DNA of 33,839 nucleotides, from positions 1 to 33,839 of the forward strand of contig SHMW01000046.1 in the NCBI GenBank assembly GCA_008080735.1, given 5' to 3'. The notes beneath the pieces were generated by a model. That model was not told where the DNA came from. It searched no databases and saw only the letters and a list, made by a program, of their open reading frames with translations. Positions 1 to 7,513 of the stretch are shown here, in pieces (within the stretch, counting starts at the first letter, position 1; every line of letters starts with the position of its first letter). The position numbers and the translations under genes are program-made. This DNA is from Promethearchaeota archaeon (GTDB lineage Archaea; Asgardarchaeota; Lokiarchaeia; Sigyniarchaeales; SOKP01).

Positions 1-74
1 TCGTCTATTGTAAGATGCAGCCCGCCATGACCCTCTAATCGGGTGACCGGCTCAACTTCTATTTCTTTTACCAT
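1..74 (-). CDS. mvhA: [NiFe]-hydrogenase large subunit (MvhA-like, group 3), 5' fragment running off the window edge
   Basis: Manual translation from ATG at 74 gives MVKEIEVEPVTRLEGHGGLHLTID..., containing the PvTRxEGH N-terminal motif of large subunits. It starts 2 nt after the small-subunit stop. Confidence 0.85.
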   Translation of the reverse strand, partial: MVKEIEVEPVTRLEGHGGLHLTID

Positions 75-76
75 TT

Positions 77-1483
77 TTATTCTTCCTCCTCTATTTTTGT
101 ATCATGACGTTTATGTCCTAAAGTACTATCAGCTACAGTAAATCGATTAAATAATCCCGCGGGATCTTTAATCATTTCCATAACTTCTTCAAGATCTCTG
201 TCTGCTGTAAGTGAACCTAAAGTACTAATGAATTTACTTCCTTGCTCTTTAATTCCTGGTGGGGCACCATAACATCCCAAACATGGAGCATTTGCTTTAT
301 TTGGACAAATTGTTCCACAACCAGCTTGAGTTACAGGACCTAAACAAATATATCCTTGCTCTAAGAAGCAATCTTCCATATTAGGGAGTCCTTCATAATC
401 TCGTTTTAGAGCTACGGGCACTTTATCAGCGACATCTCTGTCGCAATGACTACACACTGTTTTTGAACTAAATTTGAAGTTTGGATCATCCTTTAGTAAG
501 AACAATGCGGCACCAATTATCTCATCCATAATATTATCCCCGGTTGGATTTACATCTAAAACTAATTTTGATCCATTCTCAGTTTCGATTTCTTTTGTCT
601 CAAAACTATCGGGTTCATAAGCTAATCTCTGGAGTAGATCTCCTCTAAAATAGAAATTTGTAATGTTGGAAACTCCTAAATACAAATCAAGGAAGTGCTG
701 TAAACTAGCTGCTTGTTCCTCATCAACCAAATCGATGCTTTCAATCAATGCTTTAAGCTGTTCTGCTTTTTCACCTGGTTTAGCCGTTGGTCTAAAACAA
801 CCATAACAATAATCACCATCATTGGGACACATTAAGTCGCACCCAGCTGCGGTGATAGGCCCATAGCAAAGCTCTCCTTTATCTAAGAAACAACCTTCAC
901 TGAATAATTCACAAGAATCACAGACACAACCCTCTTTATTCAATGATTCTGGCCCCTCTCCGGCTAATGTAAGAAGATATGATACCGCTGCAACAATGTT
1001 TTCGGTGCGTGGAGGGCATCCTGGAATGAACACATCCACATCTATTAAATCCTTTACATTAATGATATAATCTTCGAATCCTGGTACATTTTCAGTTGGT
1101 TCTTTAGGATCATCATCAGTTATCGATTCTGCCTCCATAAATTTCCGCTTTATTAAATCTTCAGGATCATATAAGTTTGCTAATCCTTTAACACTCCCAT
1201 AACATGCACAAGCTCCGATTGCGACGATAATTTGGCATTTTTCTCTCATTAATTTGACATGTTCCGTATCCTCTTTCGTGCGTGCTACACCTTCAATGAA
1301 ACCAACTAGAACATCTCCTTTCTCTCTCTCCTTCATCGAATCAATTTTAAAATCCACGACTGCTGGCCAATATACAATATCTAGCTCTGGTAATATTGGC
1401 AATAATCCTAGATGTGCGTTTAAAAGACTCTGATGGCATCCCCAGCACGAAGAAAGCTGCATAAAAGCTACTTTTACTGCCAT
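77..1483 (-). CDS. mvhG: [NiFe]-hydrogenase small subunit, MvhG-like, extended (~468 aa) with a duplicated C-terminal Fe-S domain
   Basis: Proximal-cluster motifs SSCWGC, EG, GACACYG and IPGCPP. Two CxxC..CF..LC/IC.GP.T.AGC...CP..CxGC modules. Likely start is the ATG at 1483 (MAVKVAF), not the TTG at 1558. Confidence 0.88.
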   Translation of the reverse strand: MAVKVAFMQLSSCWGCHQSLLNAHLGLLPILPELDIVYWPAVVDFKIDSMKEREKGDVLVGFIEGVARTKEDTEHVKLMREKCQIIVAIGACACYGSVKGLANLYDPEDLIKRKFMEAESITDDDPKEPTENVPGFEDYIINVKDLIDVDVFIPGCPPRTENIVAAVSYLLTLAGEGPESLNKEGCVCDSCELFSEGCFLDKGELCYGPITAAGCDLMCPNDGDYCYGCFRPTAKPGEKAEQLKALIESIDLVDEEQAASLQHFLDLYLGVSNITNFYFRGDLLQRLAYEPDSFETKEIETENGSKLVLDVNPTGDNIMDEIIGAALFLLKDDPNFKFSSKTVCSHCDRDVADKVPVALKRDYEGLPNMEDCFLEQGYICLGPVTQAGCGTICPNKANAPCLGCYGAPPGIKEQGSKFISTLGSLTADRDLEEVMEMIKDPAGLFNRFTVADSTLGHKRHDTKIEEEE

Positions 1484-1734
1484 AATCTTTTCAATTCTTT
1501 CGTGTAATTTAATTATTATTGATTTTGAAAATTTTAAATAAATTATAAAATTTGTCAAATGAGTTTTTGCGAGAAGTTCTTTCCTATGAGAACTTTCAAC
1601 ACAAAAATGTTCACTTTAGATAAAAGAAATGTAGATCAAAATTAAAAATTATTATTAATCCAGATAAGGAAAGAGTTTAATTTAGTTATTTGAAAATGAG
1701 TTTTTTTTAAAAATCAAAAAACTTCGACCTTTTC

Positions 1735-2592
1735 CTAAACATTATTCTTTAAATTTGCCTTTTTCAAAAGTTTAATAATATACTCTAAGCCCCGATAAGA
1801 ATTTTCCAGATATTCAATCAAGGTTGGATAATTCATCCTTGCATGAAATGTACCTTCTCCCAAGTTAGATATCAAATATTGCATAAAATCCATCCGAAGT
1901 GTATGAAATTCAATTCGAAATTGATTTGTGCGACGATAAAGTATGCATTCTCTTAAAATTTCCAATATTTTCTTTTTAATTATACCTTCCTTTACAAACC
2001 GATTAAGTTGCTTAGCTATCGTTCGAATTGAAGTAGAAGTAAAATTTTGTTCAAAAAAAACAGATAAATAAAAACAGAACTTAAATACCGCTTTTGTTAA
2101 TGCATGTTTACTTATTTCCATATTTTTTTCTCGATATTCCGCTCTATAACTTTGATCTAAATGATACAGACTTCTTTTCAAAATATCATCGAACTCAAAT
2201 TGCAGATCTGAACGTTTAGGAAGATCACTTCTAATATCCTTTCCATATAATAATACTGAATTTTGTGGGTATTTTAAATCCAGAATACTCCACGCATAGT
2301 TTGAAAACGATTCCCGACTAAACAAATCCTTATTGAGCAAGCTCCTCAGAGAATTATATCCAATCCATATATTAAAGCCATCACTTTGTCTTTTTTCAAA
2401 TTTAGCTGTGGTCCAATCTTTTTTTGGGAGCGTTTCAACTGAATTCAAAATCACCACAATATCAATATCCTTTTTTATCCAATCCCCTGGTAGTGTTTTA
2501 TCAAAAAAACTACCAATACCAAAAATAGAAACTATATTTTCATCAAACCGAATCCTGAAATCTTTAATTAAAGAATCTATTAAGGGTTTCAC
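1735..2592 (-). CDS. Pol-beta-superfamily nucleotidyltransferase domain protein with a helical C-terminal region
   Basis: IFGIGSFF...KKDIDIVVIL matches the hG[GS]x9-13DxD signature. AGGAG-type RBS before the GTG. Confidence 0.7.
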   Translation of the reverse strand: MKPLIDSLIKDFRIRFDENIVSIFGIGSFFDKTLPGDWIKKDIDIVVILNSVETLPKKDWTTAKFEKRQSDGFNIWIGYNSLRSLLNKDLFSRESFSNYAWSILDLKYPQNSVLLYGKDIRSDLPKRSDLQFEFDDILKRSLYHLDQSYRAEYREKNMEISKHALTKAVFKFCFYLSVFFEQNFTSTSIRTIAKQLNRFVKEGIIKKKILEILRECILYRRTNQFRIEFHTLRMDFMQYLISNLGEGTFHARMNYPTLIEYLENSYRGLEYIIKLLKKANLKNNV

Positions 2593-2677
2593 TATTTCTC
2601 CCTTTTTACTTAATTTGGCTATAATTCTACTTATTATGGGTATTTTATATGAATATAGATTTCAATTATTAATTGAT

Positions 2678-3343
2678 TCAAATATCATAATACTGACTTG
2701 CAATCATATCCGCGATGTGAATTAATTCACTTAGTCTGTTGGGTTTGAAAGGTTCATAACGTGCCCATTTACCGTGGTGGAATATAATACCTAAAGAAAT
2801 CTCATCATCATAGTCCACTCCATATTGATTCATAACCGCAAATGCTTGGTCAACATGCATATCTTTTCCCGTCAGATCAAATCGCTCACATAACTCTATT
2901 TTAATATTCTCAACTAATTGGCGAGATGTGTAGATTGTTCGATTTTGGAGATTTTTTTTGTAACCGTAATACGGTATTTTTCCAAAATCATGACAAAGTG
3001 CTGTTTGTATTACTTTCGAACCATCTAAGTTTTTATATCCATTAGAGATATTTACCGCCTGACTTTCTAAAAAGGCTTTGAAGCTATTTATGATGCTTGG
3101 ATCCTTCCAAATCTGGTAGGCGTAATTAGTGACTAATAGAGTATGATCGAAAAGACCGCCAATATATTTTCCATGATGGTTTAATGATGCTGGCAATCGT
3201 TTACTTTCCTTTAATATTTCTGCAATGTTTACTTTGAAATCATGCTCAATATCCATTTTGGCAAGAAAGTATTCTAATCCCATGGAAGAGATTGAGAGAG
3301 ATTTAGATATATTCCTATCAATAAAACAATTCATTTCTGTCAT
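2678..3343 (-). CDS. HD-domain phosphohydrolase (YhaM-like HD domain, no OB fold)
   Basis: Motifs PASLNHH..GGLFDH, ALCHDFGK, HHG and IHIADM. Confidence 0.85.
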   Translation of the reverse strand: MTEMNCFIDRNISKSLSISSMGLEYFLAKMDIEHDFKVNIAEILKESKRLPASLNHHGKYIGGLFDHTLLVTNYAYQIWKDPSIINSFKAFLESQAVNISNGYKNLDGSKVIQTALCHDFGKIPYYGYKKNLQNRTIYTSRQLVENIKIELCERFDLTGKDMHVDQAFAVMNQYGVDYDDEISLGIIFHHGKWARYEPFKPNRLSELIHIADMIASQYYDI

Positions 3344-3421
3344 TATAACATAGTAATTTTCTATTTTATTATATTCTAAGAGTGTGGAAATTTTTTATTA
3401 TTTTCATCTATTGCCAATATT

Positions 3422-5956
3422 TTAACCTATCTTTTCCAGCATTTCTGTTAGTAGATTTGGAATTTCCATAATATTCATAATGTGAACAATTTCTCCCTTG
3501 GTGGTTTCTAATATCCATTTTGCATAATTTTTAGAGTATGATCGCGTATTAACACCCAAAAGGAATTGGACTCTTTGATTAACATACTCTTCGAGTTCCT
3601 TCTTAATCATTTCCTCACCTTCTGCAAATTGACAATCTGTTAGAAGAAAGCAAATTTTTCGTTCCGTACGGGTTTTTTCCAATTCTTTTGCGCCCCATTC
3701 TAGAGCTGCTTGGACTTGAGTTCCACCTCTCGCTTTTAGATCAAGTAACTCGTTTGCCACATTTTCCAAATCGCGCGTATCACCGAATTCCTTTACTATG
3801 TGAGTGTTTGATTCAAAAAAGCAGATTGCTACTTCATCTGCTCGTAGACTTCCAATTAATACCATAACAGCTATTGAACATGCTGCAAGTTTCATCCCAC
3901 CCATAGAACCAGATATATCAAGTAAAAAGCAAATTGATACTCTTCCTTTTTCAGTTCTACTAACCAGAAGGTCTTCAGAGGTAATCATCTCTGCTGATTT
4001 ACCTTGCATAATTATATTTTCGATTGTTGCATCAATATCAATCAAATCTATATCATCACCAATAATAAAAGGGCGCAGTTGTGTTGTTGGGATTAGCCCT
4101 TTTTCACCGGATCCCCGTTGATTTGATATAATATTCATCGCAATTTTAATTAACGCATCTTTACATAGATTTTTAACGAAATCCTTTAAATGACTCGGAA
4201 CTCTATTTCGATGATAAAACCATTGTAATAGCAGATTTTCTCCTGAACCCGCACTTAATGATTCTGCTACTTTTTTTTGGGCATTTTTTCCAATTTTTCC
4301 TGATGAATTAAATGCTGTTCCCATATTATAATGAGCCAAAGCGCCCATACCTTGATAATTATTAGATTTATAAGCTAGCTGCATTAGCTCGTCCATTTGG
4401 ATGGCACTTAGCTTGAGTTTCTCTATTATTTTAGTAAGTCTTTCAAAATTTCCTATATTTTGTTCATACATAGCCTTTAATAGCTTATAATTTCCCCCAA
4501 ATATTTCAATAATCGTCTCTTCTTCAATCCCCAATGTTTTACCGATTGTGATTGCATTTGATTGATCAATTGGAACCACACTAGAAACCATAGATTTTAG
4601 CACACTTTTAAATTGGTCCTTTTCATGAGTTGACTTTAACGCTTCCAAACCCACTTTTTTCGCATTTTCTATAAATGAATCATAACATGATTCGAACTTA
4701 GCCTCTGTTGAAAGATTCATCAAATCAATTGCCAAGTCTGCCAGATCATAACTAGCATGTCCGTTAGTATTTAGAAAATCATTTATTTGTTGATTAACAA
4801 ACTGGTTCAGCATATCACCCCATTCGGAAATATTTGTCTGTGCCTGATAAAGCTCTGAGAGAGAGGGAGATGGGTTATTCCTCGCCCATTCTTTAAACAA
4901 TTCATTTGTCAAATTTGAATGGAACTTATTATCTAAGCTGCGAGAAATGTCAAAGGAAGTAAAAGGATCTCTTTTGATACTATTAGAAATGACCTTATCA
5001 TGATTAAATGAAGGGATATAGTTCAAGACATCTGAGATTTCATATAAGTCCATCATATTATCCACTCTATTGACTAACTGATTTGCGAGGTTTTCTATGT
5101 CTTTTATCTGCATACCAACGTCCTTAAGATAATTTAATGCTCTTGCGCTTGTTCCCACTTCACTATTATTCATTACGTTTTGGAGAGACGGTTCAAATTG
5201 GCTCTCATTCATTAAGTATTGTGCCGTGAGAGTTATCCATGGTGTCTTAGATTGCTCTAAGATATCATCTCCCCAATTAAGATTAATGGCTGATTCTATA
5301 TCCTTGGGAGAAAGATCATTGATATCCCTTTGAATAGATTGATGACAGTTGTTTTTTAAGGTTTCCAAATTCCTTATTCCTTGCTCTAAAATATATTTAT
5401 AATCAGAGCGTTGCTCAATAATATCTAGTAAGCTTTTGTATGGCTCAACATTTAAATTTGCTTGATTGTAAAGATCGTCAACAAAATCCATAAGTCCAGT
5501 AAACTCGTCCATTGCCTGTTCAATTAACTCTTCTGTATTTAAGCTGCTTATATCAAGTTCTGCATCGAAAACATCCAATAGATCATCCATAAAGTCTGTT
5601 TTATCATAAGAGGAACTCATGTGAAGCGAAGATTTTTGCGTTCCCGATTTGGAATCTTTTTTATTTTCAAAAATAATATTAAATGCGATTTCTTGAGCAA
5701 TGGACTGGTCTTCGATGGGGGAGGTTATAACTGCAGCCCTAATAAAATCGTCTGGGATGAGATTTAGTTTACGATAATATATTGCTGTAATGAGTTTGGG
5801 AATTGCAATAGCTTGACGAGTACTTGGAATATTTTGCAGCCTTGCCTTATTCCTTCTCATTCTATAGATGAATTCAATAGCAAAGGATATTGGAGTCCAA
5901 TCTAAAACTTTGTTATTAGCATAGTCTCCAATATTTCCTATATCAATTTTTTTCAT
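3422..5956 (-). CDS. Large VWA-domain protein (CoxE/MoxR-partner type)
   Basis: C-terminal MIDAS motif DISGSM, GGT and LLTDC. Preceding 'IDIDATIE' segment is typical of MoxR-associated VWA proteins. Directly downstream of the MoxR gene, with GGAGGGAG RBS. Confidence 0.85.
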   Translation of the reverse strand: MKKIDIGNIGDYANNKVLDWTPISFAIEFIYRMRRNKARLQNIPSTRQAIAIPKLITAIYYRKLNLIPDDFIRAAVITSPIEDQSIAQEIAFNIIFENKKDSKSGTQKSSLHMSSSYDKTDFMDDLLDVFDAELDISSLNTEELIEQAMDEFTGLMDFVDDLYNQANLNVEPYKSLLDIIEQRSDYKYILEQGIRNLETLKNNCHQSIQRDINDLSPKDIESAINLNWGDDILEQSKTPWITLTAQYLMNESQFEPSLQNVMNNSEVGTSARALNYLKDVGMQIKDIENLANQLVNRVDNMMDLYEISDVLNYIPSFNHDKVISNSIKRDPFTSFDISRSLDNKFHSNLTNELFKEWARNNPSPSLSELYQAQTNISEWGDMLNQFVNQQINDFLNTNGHASYDLADLAIDLMNLSTEAKFESCYDSFIENAKKVGLEALKSTHEKDQFKSVLKSMVSSVVPIDQSNAITIGKTLGIEEETIIEIFGGNYKLLKAMYEQNIGNFERLTKIIEKLKLSAIQMDELMQLAYKSNNYQGMGALAHYNMGTAFNSSGKIGKNAQKKVAESLSAGSGENLLLQWFYHRNRVPSHLKDFVKNLCKDALIKIAMNIISNQRGSGEKGLIPTTQLRPFIIGDDIDLIDIDATIENIIMQGKSAEMITSEDLLVSRTEKGRVSICFLLDISGSMGGMKLAACSIAVMVLIGSLRADEVAICFFESNTHIVKEFGDTRDLENVANELLDLKARGGTQVQAALEWGAKELEKTRTERKICFLLTDCQFAEGEEMIKKELEEYVNQRVQFLLGVNTRSYSKNYAKWILETTKGEIVHIMNIMEIPNLLTEMLEKIG

Positions 5957-6002
5957 TAAACGAATTCTCCCTCCTCATTTATTACAGAGAAATAATTTAA
6001 AC

Positions 6003-6914
6003 CTAACTAACACCCACTACTTTTGTTAATATTTTCTTAATAAATTGGTCTATATTCCTCCCTGGACGTAATTCTAAGGAATCTTGGAGAATTAATCTGG
6101 CTGATTCGGCGATCAATTTATTATCAACTTTCGTATTAAGCCTTTGAGCTCTCTGAGACACGAATCGAGCAAGTCCAATACTCGTACGCAAACTCGGGGG
6201 TCGTTCTACCACGGGGTCATTCCTACATTGCACCATTAACTCAATAATCTTTTCTTGGGTTAAGGCTGAAAGGTTATACTCTGGACAATTTGAGACCATA
6301 ATCTTTTGTTCTAATGATTTAGGAGGATAACCCAGATGTATCCAGACCTTGATTCTGTCCTTTATGGCTGATGGTAATTTCCTTGTGCCCTTTAATTCTG
6401 TGGGATTCATAGCTGCAATAACATAAAATTCGTCTTTTGCTCTTAACCAAGTTTTTAGTTGCGGAATGTATAGGCGTCGTTCTTCCATTGCGTCTAACAT
6501 GCTGTTTAAAACATATTCATCCCCTCTATTCAATTCATTTGCAAGAAAAATCCCTCCTTTCAATGCTGCTAAAGAAAAGGGTCCAGGTATATAGGAATCC
6601 GGAGAGAACCCAAATTTAAAAACCAGTGTAGGATCAAAAGATCCAATGAGAGTTGAGGGTCTAACTAAATCACTAAAGGTTACCCAATGGAATTCTCTAT
6701 TCATATCATATGCGAACTTACGACAAAGTGCTGTCTTTCCACATCCTACTGGTCCAACCAATCCTACAAACAATCCTGCGTTGTAGGCGTCCATCATGGC
6801 TTCATAAGCATACTTATATTGTCCCTCTAAAACCAAATTGATTTCTTCTCGAATATCCTCAATTTTGCTTTCGTCTATAAGTTTAGAAAATTCTGTTATT
6901 TCTGATTTTGCCAT
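6003..6914 (-). CDS. MoxR-family AAA+ ATPase
   Basis: Walker A GPVGCGKT, PGP, Walker B-like IFLANELNR, sensor I AAMNP, LPSAIKDR Arg finger, PSLR sensor II. Start is ATG 6914 or GTG 6926. Confidence 0.88.
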   Translation of the reverse strand: MAKSEITEFSKLIDESKIEDIREEINLVLEGQYKYAYEAMMDAYNAGLFVGLVGPVGCGKTALCRKFAYDMNREFHWVTFSDLVRPSTLIGSFDPTLVFKFGFSPDSYIPGPFSLAALKGGIFLANELNRGDEYVLNSMLDAMEERRLYIPQLKTWLRAKDEFYVIAAMNPTELKGTRKLPSAIKDRIKVWIHLGYPPKSLEQKIMVSNCPEYNLSALTQEKIIELMVQCRNDPVVERPPSLRTSIGLARFVSQRAQRLNTKVDNKLIAESARLILQDSLELRPGRNIDQFIKKILTKVVGVS

Positions 6915-6976
6915 TTTGATTTTCACGTAAATATGGTATTTTTTTAAAATTTTATTTTAATTTTTTTAAAAATCGA

Positions 6977-7501
6977 TTAATCGTTAAAAAACTTCTCTGT
7001 TTCTGTAGGTTGCACTACTATGGGTACCTCATATTTCAATTTCTTTATTGCTTTAACGATTTTCTCATATTCTTCTTCCTCTAACACTTTCCTTCTAGAG
7101 TAATCTAATTTATCCATAATGAATTTACCAAAGTAAGTATTTTTCAGGTCTTCAATATAATACTTCTTTCCCTTTTTTTCAACTTGCGAATTTTTCAATT
7201 CTTTTATTCGCTTTAATAATATCAGTTTAGCGAGAGGTTTCCACTTATTATCCTTTTTTAAAGTATTAATTTCGAAATCCCGATGATTTATCACATCCTC
7301 TTTTACTAAATATGTAATTTCTTTCAGCAAATTAATAAAAAACTGTCTTTTGAAATTTTCGACCGAAATTAAATGTTTGAATTGATTATTTAGGTTGGTA
7401 AACAACTTTTCTATTTCCTCATGCTTTTGAACGGAGAAAAATCTATAAAATTCGTCTTTTATTGCTCCAACAATCGAATCATTTTGATTTATATCTTCTA
7501 T
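6977..7501 (-). CDS. Hypothetical protein (~174 aa; probable ATA start)
   Basis: The ORF is open 32 codons upstream of the TTG at 7405, back to ATA at 7501. That ATA lies 6 nt after AGGTG and 12 nt after the Rad50-like stop. No recognisable motif. Confidence 0.65.
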   Translation of the reverse strand: MEDINQNDSIVGAIKDEFYRFFSVQKHEEIEKLFTNLNNQFKHLISVENFKRQFFINLLKEITYLVKEDVINHRDFEINTLKKDNKWKPLAKLILLKRIKELKNSQVEKKGKKYYIEDLKNTYFGKFIMDKLDYSRRKVLEEEEYEKIVKAIKKLKYEVPIVVQPTETEKFFND

Positions 7502-7513
7502 TTTTCACACCTT

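Noticed and set aside
1484-1558. N-terminal extensions given by the ORF track for mvhG (also mvhD 29546-29608 and fwdF 28851-28871)
   Set aside because: AT-rich, non-homologous extensions from TTG starts. Family homology begins at the downstream ATGs.
1735-2592. CBASS CD-NTase, or cognate MNT antitoxin of the HEPN remnant
   Set aside because: Only the generic GS/DxD motif is visible, there is no adjacent CBASS effector, and it lies >22 kb from the HEPN fragment.
6980-7012. C-terminal QPTETEKFF of the 174-aa protein as a PIP box
   Set aside because: Spacing is off by one and the hydrophobic position-4 residue is missing.
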